Program-made: the position numbers and the translations under genes
The notes under the pieces: generated by a model
What the model was told of the DNA's origin: nothing
What the model saw: only the letters and a program-made list of their open reading frames with translations
Databases searched by the model: none
In this document: positions 48,500 to 59,500 of the stretch, piece after piece
Layout: each line of letters opens with the position of its first letter
How positions within the stretch are numbered: the stretch's first letter is position 1
Assembly (NCBI GenBank): GCA_036172245.1
Contig: JAYWIR010000118.1
Coordinates: 1-64,000 of the forward strand
Length of the DNA stretch: 64,000 nt
Origin: Raillietiella orientalis
Lineage: Eukaryota
Direction: 5' to 3'

Positions 48500-50797
48500 T
48501 TAACCGTCCCCCTGCGATCCTTTCGATCTCCTGGGCGTTCTCCGCGGTGATCACGTGGATCTCCTGCAGGAGTGCCAGGTCGAAGTCACGCAGGGTGGCG
48601 GCCGTGTCCCGTCTGTTGCCGTCGCCGCGCAGCCCGTTCACGTTCCAGCAGGCCACGCGTAATCGACGGCGACAGGCGAGCCCAGGTGTTACTCCTGGGA
48701 AAGTGGCAATGGGGCTCCCGCCACCTGGTCGGGCGGGACGGATGGACGAACGGGATCACCGCGCACCGGTTCTCCCTCCTCCATGGGGGCCGATTCCTCG
48801 GCGGACCGCAACGGTTGAAGGGGGCGGGTTTCACGCACCTGCTCCCCCTCTTCCATGGGGGCCGATTCGTCGGCTGCGTTGGACGGCAGGGGGGAGCGGT
48901 TGTCAGCTGTCTGCTCCCCCTCCTCCATGGCTATCTCCTGGACAGGTTCCTTTGTTGGGAGGGGGCGGCAATCACTCACCTTATCCCCCTCCTCCATGGG
49001 GGTCTCCAGTTGCTCGGTAGCGGAGGGTGGGAAAATCCCTCCCTCCGTTCCCACGCTGCCGGATTCCCCCTCGGCTGATGGTGCGTCCCCCTCCTTCTTT
49101 GTCGGGATGCGCCTCTGGGGATTCTTGGACTTCCGTCCAGTCTTCTTCGGAGGCGCCTCCGCGGAGGAGGACGCACTTCCGGCATCCGGATCGTGGTCAC
49201 CTGTCCGAGGTGCCTTACTCGCGTTCGGCCTTCGCAAGGCCTTTCGCGCGCCGTTCTCACGCTCCGCGAGTTCGGCCGCGAGCTCTTCCGCCGCCTGCTG
49301 GAAGGCGGCGTCCTCGATTGCGGCGAGCGCGTCGCTCGGCTCCCCCTCTGTTTGCACAGAGGGTTCGCCTTTTTCGATCGCGGCTTCGGCGTCAACGAGG
49401 CGGGAGATATCTTCCCCGGTGGAGGTCTCGGGGATCTCCACTCGCTCCAAAGCGACCAAACATTCGCGGAGCAACGCGCGGCGTTGTCTTTTATTTAAGG
49501 AAGACGTCGCGGGTTCCGCTGTCGGTTCTTCGGTTTTCTTGAATTTTTTACTTTTAGGCTTCGCCATATGCCAGCCCTCGCTCTCTCCAGCGTCGTCGGG
49601 AGTACCCTCGACCGGCGCTTGCTGCACGGGTTCGGGCTCTGGCTGTGGGTTCCGCCTCTCGGGTGCCTCCTTAGGCTTGTCCGATCGCCCCGCGCGTTTC
49701 CCTTTGGCTTTTTTCAAAGCAGGGGGAGCCGGGGTTTCACGTTTAGGACACACCTTTCGCAGGTGGCCCTTTTCGCCGCAGTGGAAGCACTGGATGTGGG
49801 GGCACCGTTTTTTCAGGTGCCCTGTTGCATCACAGTTCCCACAGTACTTGGGCTTGCCCACGTACCAGACGTCGACGACCTCGTTGCCGACGTCGAGTTT
49901 GTGGGGCAGCCCACCGTTTTCGTCGACCGTCACACGCGCTGCAGCCATGCCACTGAACAGTCTTCCGTATGTTTGGGAGACGTTGGGCTTGGTCCAGAGC
50001 GCGTGCACCGTACCATGTTTTTGTAACTCTTCCTGCACGCCAGCTTTGGTCATGCGAAGAGTTACACTCGTAAGGTGGGCAACAATGGAGCGGTCCTCCG
50101 TTACAGGGAAGACCTTTCGGCCTTCCAGAGTGATGGGAGTGTTCAGCAGGCGTTGAGCCAGACTTGCATTTTTGCACGTCAGCTCCACCCGCTGGCCCCA
50201 CTCATCACGGAGAGACCTTCCAGGTCTTCCTCTTTAACATCCAACCGCTGTAACTCTCTTTCAAAGTTACGAGCGGTGTTCCCAACAAACAGATTGCCTA
50301 CCTTGTATATCAAGGATGGCTTGTATCCCTGCTCCAGGTAGGCTTTCTGCTCGGCGAGGGCTGCAGGAGATGGGGCTGCAGCCACTGAACTCCAGGTCTT
50401 CGGCGGTGCCGAAGACGCATTCGAGGGTGCAGGTGCCCCCTTTTTCAAGGAGGCGGTTGTGCCCTTTTCCAGGGTTGCGGTTGTCCCCTTTTTCAAGGGG
50501 GCGGTTGCACCCTGTTCCAGCGGGGCTTTTGTTCCCTTTTTCAAGGGGGTCTATGCCCTCGCTTCCGAGGCTGCCGTTGCCCCCGTTTTCAGGGGTGCGG
50601 CGGCCGTCGCCTCCGTGGGGGCGGTTGCCCCCACCTCCGTGGGTTGGGGAGAGGAGTAAGCCTCTCCCCCTCCTATATCCATCGCGGTGTCCTCAGGCAT
50701 TTCTGCCATTGGACACCGCAGATGCTCCACACACAAACACTACCGAAAAAGAACGCTTTACAACAGGCGCAGAGGAGCGCTAGAAAAACACGTCCGC
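48500..50797 (-). mobile_element. Retrotransposon C: 5' end, ORF1 (50709-48689, frameshifted) and APE start up to AGGRL
   Basis: GCGGACGTG at 50797-50789; CGNCDATGHLKKRC and CFHCGEKGHLRKVC knuckles; CWNVNG and LQE motifs. Confidence 0.92.
50425..50620 (-). repeat. 24-bp coding tandem repeat in C ORF1 N-terminus
   Basis: KKGTKAPL-EQGATAPL-KKGTTATL-EKGTTASL-KKGAPAPS. Confidence 0.75.
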
Positions 50798-53150
50798 ACG
50801 CCAAGTTGATAGCCAAGATGTAAGCAGAGCGTCTAAGACGGGTTGCCAACATCTTCATCAGCCCGGAACAGACATATGCTGTTCCCGGGCAGAGCATGGA
50901 GGCGAACCTGTTTCACGCTTCCACCTGGCTAGAGCTCCAACATGGAAGGAGCTTGGTGCGCAGCCGGAATTCCGGTGCGTGCGCCGGCAAGGGGTTGGAT
51001 GGTCGGGTGGGAGAGGGAGCCCTTGCGGTCCCAATCGACTTGCGGAAAGCATTCGATTGCGTCGACCAGAATCTCCTTCTGGAGCTTCTGGAACGCTTGG
51101 ACTTTTCGGCCTCATAAGTGGCCTATCTGCGCCCCTGCTGGCGCGACGCGCTCATCAATGTTACTTTCAGCGGGCAGACCGTGCACGGCGTGCCGGTGCG
51201 GCGTGTGATCCGTCAGGGAGACAGCCTGAGCCCCTTTCTCTTCAGTACCTACTTTGAGTTGGTACTGAGAGCGTACAGGGGAACTCTGGCGCACCTGCCG
51301 CACGACTGTGGGGGTACGCCGGCCGTTTCAGCATATGCGGACGACCTTCTGCTACCGCTCCCTATGTCCACCCCGGCTGCGGCGGTCCAGGAGTTGTTCG
51401 ACCTGCTGCATCGGGGAACCGGTCTTACGGTGAACAGAGCGAAGTCTTCTGTGATGCCAGTTGGTGCGGCGTGGGCAGGGCAGCAGGACTTGGCCCGTTT
51501 GGGGATCCCCACGGTGAGGTACTTGGTGTACCTTGGTGTGCCGTTGGGGGACTACTCCCCTGCAGTAGCGTGGTCCGGCTGCCTCCAAAAAGTAGAGACG
51601 GCGATCGGCCCGTTCCGAGGCGGCATTTGTTTCCTGTCTGAACGGGCCGCGGTTTGGAACACGTTCGCGGCTCCACTTCTTCGCCACCTGCTTTTTGTTT
51701 GCCCCCCCACAGAGAGAATTAAAAAGCGGACAAAGGACCTCCTCCGTATCGGCCTTTCGGGCAACGGGAGGTCTTGAGTGCGCTTAAAGGACTTGTGCGC
51801 TCCTCGTCGGGAAGGTGGTCTGGGCCTTCTGACGCTGGAACGGCTGGAGCTTCAGCTCCAGTTCCGATTGTCGGCACTGGTTTCAGAGTTGTGGTGCACC
51901 TCTCGGTGCGTCCCTGCACGTCTCCTTCTCCAGCAAGCCACCGGCAAGACGGGACTGACGTCGTTTCTTGCACTCCGTCGCCGCGTCAACCGATGCGGAT
52001 TCCAGCTACGGAGGGTGGCTGCGCTGTATCGGAAAATCCCAGGAGTGCTCACCTGTCGCCCGTTTAACGGTAGTGCCTGGTTGCAGGAAACCGTTCGAAC
52101 GTGGGGACAGATCGGCATGTAACGCTCCCAACAGGAAGGAAGGTTCCTGTTTGGGGGTTACAGAAGTTGCACGCTCCGCGAGATCCTGGAGGATCCAAAG
52201 AAGAGAGCGTGGGCAGGAAGAACCCCCCTCGCTGCTGCGCTGCCCTCCCTGATGGAAGATCTGGACAGCGATGTTGCGGCGAAGTGGGTGGTTACAGTAA
52301 CAATCTCCGGAAAGGAGAAGAAGGTAGGAGAGTGGAAGACGGGTCAACTGACTGACGCTGCCACCCGAATTGCGCCTCCTCATAGACTTCTGCGCTGGAA
52401 CACGCTGCTCGACGTTCCCATTGAACGTCTGAAGTGGCCCCCGGTGCTCATGAACACCTCCACCATTCCCTTCAAATGGCAGGAGTCGGCTCTCCTGTTG
52501 CAGCACTGGGGACTCCTCTTCAACGCCCGCCGACACCACTGGACCTGGGGAGCGGTGGACCCCAATTGCTTCAGGTGTGGGGAACAAGAGTCCCTCCCCC
52601 ACTTGCTAGTGGATTGTGTTGCCGTTCGGCTTCTTTGGTTTCGCTTTCCCGCGGCTATCGAAATCCGCTGCGGCAACCCCAGGAACGCACTGAAAGCCCT
52701 CTTCGTTGCTGATGCCCTCCGGCCAGCGGCCTCGTTAGCAGCTTTGTGCTGCCTACGCGGGATGATCACCGCTTGGAGCAAGGCTACGTGAGGTCGACGC
52801 GACCAGGGTGCCATCCATTCAGCCTCCCAGTTCCTGAGGAGGGCGTCCCGATGGCCCCATCTGGATCCAGGAATAGAGAAGGAGCTTAGAGGCATCCTGC
52901 AAAGGATGCAACGGCCCCACCAGCAACGGTGATCCCTTGCCTTATCCTCCCAACTTTTCTTTTCTTTTTTGCTTTGGTTTTAGTTTTTCCCCCTCCTTCC
53001 TGCTGCCGTGGTTTACCGTACCGGTCTGCGAACCGGTGACTCGGCAGGCTCTGTGTTTCTCCGTGCGTGGCTGGAGCAATGATCCAGCCACTGCACGTCT
53101 TTGTAAATGTTTGTTTCATAATAAACGCCCCGGCGAAATCCGGGTGTAAA
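50798..53150 (+). mobile_element. Retrotransposon M (type E): disrupted RT, zinc finger and 3' end
   Basis: Closely similar to G 6741-9091; ends GGGTG-TAAA at 53150. Confidence 0.92.
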
Positions 53151-53542
53151 TCGAGCGCTTTGCAGAGATCGGCGGCGTCCGCGAAGGTTCTCGACGTTCC
53201 ATCGTGCCTTGAACACCGACGCTTACCTTTGGCTGCGGCGATTTCGTCTGCCTGGCTCTGCTGCGCCACGCACTGCGGCAACTCGAACCATTTTCTCGCG
53301 AAGAAGAGATTGGCGTCCATGGACCGCCCCGGAACAGCATACGTCTGCTCCGGACTTACCAAAGACTCCGCGATTCTTCCCAGGCGCCCGATCCATAGCT
53401 TGGAGAACAACTTGACGTCCGAATTCACCAAGGTGATGGACGCCAGTTGCTGAGGTTACGCAAATCACCGCCTTTCCTCAGGAGCCTCACCTTTGCTGAG
53501 CGGAAAGAAGCGGGAACATCTCCCGTCTCACGCATCAGCGAC
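53151..53542 (-). mobile_element. Type-A RT fragment L, cut at KA(L)D by M and upstream by K
   Basis: LMRETGDVPASFRSAKVRLL, NSDVKLFSKLW and DLCKALD. Confidence 0.85.
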
Positions 53543-56500
53543 GGTCGGGTACGGACGTGCTTTTGCATCACTCCGCGGTAGGTTGGCTCTTGTGTGTTTT
53601 TGTTCTGCTGTGCTTCTGTGCTGCAATGGGAGCAAAGAAGAACATGAGCCGCAAGAAGGGAACGCCACCTGCTCCTGAGACGGCTGCTTCGGCTGCTAGC
53701 AAGGAGCCTCTGTCCTCGCCGAAGGCGAGGAAATTCGCCCAGATCGCTGCCCTCGCGTCTACGATGGGACCTTCGCCCGACAGCCCTGAGCTTTAGGCGT
53801 ATGTAGCAAATGGCTACACGCCTGCACTCAGGTATAAGGTAAGTGTCCTTATGCCTGAGCGGATTGCGCGCAAGTTTGGCCAGGAACTCCAACGGATTGG
53901 AGTTCAGAAGGCCAACTGGATTCCATCATGCCCATTAGTGCGTGCGACTACTGAGAGGTGTCCAGTAAGGACGCTCTCCTTACGCAGCGTTTGCTGCAAA
54001 CGCCGCTGCTCATTCGTGGGGAGGAGATACTCCCTGTCACAACGGACCAGTCTTTCGTTGTCCGGCTCAGTGGAGTGTGTAAGGGCCTTTCGGACTTCCA
54101 GGTCGTTGAGGCCCTTGAAAAATTCGCTACCGTCCACGCGCTTTGGAGGCTGCCAAACCCTGCTGAAGGGTTCGAAGACCACCACAGCGTGCTCGCGCAA
54201 GTGCGAGTGACGATGACGTATCGCCGTGCAATGCCCAAGCGACTGCAGGTGGATGGAATGACCGTCCGCCTGTGGTTTGCCGGGCAAATGCGTGTATGCG
54301 CGGAATGCGGGCAGGAGGATCACCGCATTACGAAGTGTCCCTCGGCAGCTTGCCGTTACTGCCACGAGCACGGACACACTAAAGAAAAGTGCTCAAGGCT
54401 CCTTTTAAAAAACGAAAAGCGCAGGAACGAATCGCGTTTCGCATTGCGAAATAATCGCCGCGATGTTTCTCGCCCCGCAAAGAAAGGGTGAAAAACAAAG
54501 AAACTCGTCGCGGCAAAGCCTCCGGCTATCGACCCGAAGGAAGCTCGCGAAGGATGCGACATTTCTACGAGACCTCGCAGCCAATTGTTGAATGCAGGAG
54601 ACATTGTGCCGAAGGTCAAAAAGCCTCCTACTGTCTTCAATCACGACCGCGAAGCCTCGTACCAAGGCCTCGACAAGCGGCGCGGAATGCGGTCGTTCGC
54701 CCGATACGGGAAAAACACGCCCGCGAGCAAAGAACACCGCGCTGTCTGATGCTACCGCGGCCAAGGTGCCCCAGGCGCCGAATGCCACGAAGAAACAGCC
54801 GGAAAACCCGCAGTACTCGCGCGCTGATGCAGCGCCTACTGCGGTCGAGGAAGAAACTGCTAGAGCGAGCACAACCGCTACAGCAGTGCCCCCAACGGTC
54901 GCAAAGGCAACGCGCGAACCCTCCCATCTGGAACAGGCAGCGCCTCTCGCGATCGCTAAGTTTCCCTAAGTCCCACAAGGGGTGGAGTAAGTTTCTTTTT
55001 CTATAAAAATACAATATTTACATTCGCACTCTCATTCACTCAATACAAACATTTTAAACACGGGGGTCCTTGGGTTGCACTAGAGCTCTGCTTTCCAGGG
55101 GGGAATTCCAGCTGGATGGTCCCGGGCGTCGTCCTGGATCCTCTTCAGGATGAATCGGTACGTCCAGGCGTGGATCTTCCCGCAGTTCCTGATGCCGATT
55201 TCCCCCTTCAAGAGCCCTTGTAGGATCTCCATCGGTGGTGCGGCTCTCCTGGGTTTCCTCATTTTCCACCACCGCACAAGTATGGCGGTGATGAAGAGGG
55301 CTATGGTCGTCCTCACCATGGGATTGTAACAGGGAACATTACCATCCCCATGAAACATCCCGGCGAAGATCTCCATAACGGACTTGTTGGTAAGTCCTAT
55401 GATCCTTTTCAATCAGCCAGTCATGCAGCAGTGTGGGACACGTCAAGACGTGAAGTCTCGTGTCGTCGTCTTTACATGCTGCGCAGTCTCGGTCTTCTCG
55501 TCTTCCTGTGAAGTGCTGCAATCGGGACCCACTCTGGATTCCTCCGTGATAAAACATCAGGAGGTCATCCTGGGTGCCCGGCGGAAGGTCACTCCTCCAG
55601 AGCGTCGTGCCTATCGCCAACACGTTGAACCGTTCACTCCCGTAGCGTTCGGTGGCTTCCTGGAGGGCACTGGTGTCACGGTCGTTTTCTTGGATAAGCC
55701 TTCGGAGGTTTGTTCTGGTTACCCTCGACCATGCGAAGTCGTTGTGGTTGAACCACACTTCGCGGGTCCTTTGGGTAAACCTTCCTAACATCATCTCTGT
55801 ATACCGAATTATACAAGTTTGATGTAGGTAGCCTCCTCGCCTCCACTCCTGGATTTGCAGTAGGGTAACTCTGGACCGCTGGTAGATCCAGCTTCTCGTG
55901 TCCGGCGGGACAGGAAGCATCCAAGGGATCACCAGGATGGACTCGTCCTGCCAGAGTTCCCTGCTTCGCGGCACGATCTTGATTTGGTGCTTCCGCACCA
56001 GCCGTTGCTTCCTCCTCCAGGTCGGGTCGATTGTTATCCATTCCCCTACTTTGCCTAGCAGCGCAGTCATCAGGCCTTTCGAGCTGTTAAGCAACAACGT
56101 GTAGGCCCTGTGCGCCGCATACGGCCAGTCATCCCAGTGAGTGGCAATGTTCAGGATGTGTCGCGTATCCATGATTTCCGTGGAATGTGCAAGCGACTTC
56201 ATCCCGGAACCGCCTTCTTCCCTGGGACAACACAGAGGTTTCAGTCTTATCTTGGGCGATAGTGGCCCCAGAGTGTTTTTCTTTGCAGCTTGTCGAACTC
56301 CCTAGTAGTGTCGTTGTTCATCCTCGCAGAGGCCGCCCCGAAGAGCACTTTCAAAAGGAGTACTCCGTTTCATATGTTGGCCATTCGCTTCATCCCAAGG
56401 TCCGTTCGGGTGTACTTGGCTGCTTCCTTGGCCATTTTCCCCAGGATTTCCTTCAACAGCAGCTTCGACGCAGAGTCGTCGCCGATGTAGACGCCCAGGT

Positions 56501-59500
56501 ACTTGACCGTGTTCACCGTACGGAATCCACTACCCGTTAGAGTGGAGAGGTTCAGGATTCCTACGGGCAAAAGCTGGCTCTTCTGGAAATTGATTTTTAA
56601 GCCCAAGCCCTGTTCCATCAGGTCCACCACATCCAGAAACTCACGCTGATTTTTCTCTCTTTTGATGAAGAAGAATAGATCATCGGCGTATGCCAGATGG
56701 GGAAGACGCTGGCCATCGTTGGTAATTTCGCTCAGTCGTCCGCTCTTCTCGATAAAGGACGACAACGCCTCCATATAGATGACGAACAGCATCAGACTTA
56801 GCGAGTCGCCCTGTCGGACTCCTCGTTCCATCATGATTGCTACCGTCTCCTGGACGTTGATCTTGATCCGGCAGTACTGGTTCTGGAGAACCGCCCTCAC
56901 AAAGTTGCTGAAGTGTTCCGGAAGCCCTAGCTTCTCCAGAACCTTCAGCAGCATCCCATGGTCGATGGAGTCGAAAGCCTTCTCCATGTCAGTGAACACC
57001 AGCGCCAGGTTCTCTTTGACGTATCGGCTGAGTCCGACGGTGGCTTGGGCAAACTTGACATTGTCCGACATGTGACGACCAGGGACTGCACACGTTTGGA
57101 CCGCAGAGATGAGCCCCGACAAGAGCTTGCCTAAGCGGTTGGACCAGATCTTCGCCAACAACTCGGCATTGGAGTTTAGGATCGAGATTGGCCTCCATTT
57201 TGCGAACTGGGTAGAGTCGCCTCCTTTCGGCAGCAATCTCATCCGACTCTCGTAGAAGGACTGAGGTAGACTGCCTTCCTCCCGGATGCAGATGGTCAAC
57301 TGGTGGAACAAGCGCAGGTGGGCGTGCAGGTACCGCTAATAGTGCGTGATATGTACACTGTCAGGGCCCGCTGCCACGTCCTTGCGAAGTTGCCCAAACG
57401 CAGTCTTCACCTCTTCTTCGGAGAACTCCTCCTCCAGTCTGTTCCGCTGGAGGTCGTCGGTCCTCTTCTCGAGGTAGCTCAAGATGGCCTTTTGACTTGA
57501 GCGACACAGATGTTGTCGCCTGAAGTGTTTCGTGTAATTCCTGTGAAAGGCATCCACGATGTCCTCAGACAACTGTCGCTTTTGGCCGTCGCACTGGATG
57601 CAGAAGATATCTGTTACCAGATTTCTCTTCTCCAGCACTTCGACTTCCCCTTTTATGTTATTGAGGACGTACCGACTCTCGTGCTGATCGAAGTACTTTG
57701 AGAGGGTGCGATCTTGGATGTTCAGCTCTCGGTACGCCTCTTGCCTCAAGCGCCTATCCCCGAACTGCATGTTCGCAAACAGGTGTATCCTGTGTTTCAG
57801 GCTGTCCCAGTCGCAGATTCTTCGGATTGTTGTTGCCCTTAGAATCGCCTCCAGGACAGGCTGATGTCCGGGATGGGTTTCGAACCAGGCGGGCATGCTG
57901 ATGAGCGCCGCCCTGGTGCCTTGCCTATGCCGAGGATTCTCCGTTCTTAGGGAAAACCGCACCAGGGGGTGATCGGACACCGTAGTCATAGTGTCGCGAA
58001 ACCCCTGGATGCGGTTCCCAAGTTCGGTGCTGTGCAGGACGTGATCGATCGGCTTGTGGCTTGCTGTTCGCCAGACCAGTCCGAACTCGTCGGATAGCCG
58101 TCGATACGCCGTCCTTCCTCTGGCGTCCTCTGAATGAATGATCTCATCCAAGATGTTGAGATCGCCAGCAACAATCACGACGTCCTTAGGGGCAACCTTT
58201 TGCCGGAGTGCTGCATGCAACGCCTCCGCACAACGGTTTTTTAGCCTGTGCGGCCCGTACAAGTTCACCAGGATAAGGTGCACAGTTGCGGACCAGGCCA
58301 GTCGCACGCCTATGGTTCGTCCGGGTTGGGGACAGAACACTTCCAGAATAGTGGGGACTAAGTGGTTCTTTATTAGCACCGCCACACCCTTCTTGTTCCG
58401 TTCTCCTTCGCTGACGAACATCTGCCCGTTGAATCGCCGTTCCATTCGCTGGCTGATCTCGAGACCCATCCTGTGGGTCTCCTGCAGGCACACGATGTCT
58501 TGTTGTGCGGTGGTCCGCACAATCCTTCTTCTATTTTTCTGGTTGACCACACCGTTTGCGTTCCAGGAGGCGATGTTCAGCCTCTTGGCGATCGATAGGG
58601 AAGAGGTCATAAAAGGGGAAGACCTATTTCTTGGCCTTCCTGAGCTTCTTCTGTCTGGGAGAGCGTGATCTTCCAGACGTCCAAGAAGCAGCGGGCTTCT
58701 CGCCGCCGGCGTCACTCTCCGTACCTGTGAGGTCGGTAATTTCCGCCTCCTCCGTAGAGGGTTCCGCCTGCGCGATCAATTTTCGAGATAGCGCCTCTAT
58801 CTCGACCTTGGCGCAGAAGTTCGCCTTCACGTCGAGAAGCTTTTCCTCTAACCTCTCGCGTTTAGCGATCTCCACAACCTGGTTGATGTTCTCTTGTGCA
58901 GTGCAGATCTTCTGCAAGATTTCCTCTTGCTGAGGACCGCTCTGCACCTCCATGATCTCCTCCGCCAGTGTTGCCAACTCCTCCGTGGTCTGCAGAGCCT
59001 CCTGCGACACTTTAGTGGCTTCCTGTCTCTCTTCCTTCACGCCTTCCTGCACTACCTCCATCTTCTCGCCTTCCTGCTCTGCTGCTTTCAGGATTTGAGG
59101 AGTTCCTTGCTCCTTGACGAGCATCCTCCTCTTTCCCTTCTTTCCCACTTCTATGAAGCCGTCACCGGGACGGCTTCTTTCACCTTCTTCGGCCTTCCTG
59201 CCTTCTGAGGCTGTTCGGCCTCCTTGATGTTTCTCTCTCTTACGGGAGAGAGACCTCGAATCCTTCTGCAGTTTTCAAACTCCGGACAGCTCCATTTCGC
59301 ATGTCCGTGTTTCTTGCAGAAGGAGCACACCTCCGGATGCGGGCAGTTTCGGACTTGATGTCCTACTTTGCCGCAGCGGAAACAACGACACGTTGGGCAA
59401 GAGCCGGCCCTGTGACCGAACTGCTTGCACCCGGTGCAGAATACCGGTTGTTGCCGGTAACGCACATTCACTCCCTGGGATTGTTCGTCAATAACGGCCA

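Noticed and set aside
461..50156. Long antisense ORFs (461-1546, 18301-19461, 19932-21329, 43647-44900, 48855-50156)
   Set aside because: They are shadows of GC-rich ORF1 sequences, some cross insertion junctions, and they have no independent motifs.
54949..54956. Palindrome GCGATCGC in J's TSD as a specific target
   Set aside because: Single observation in CpG-rich DNA.
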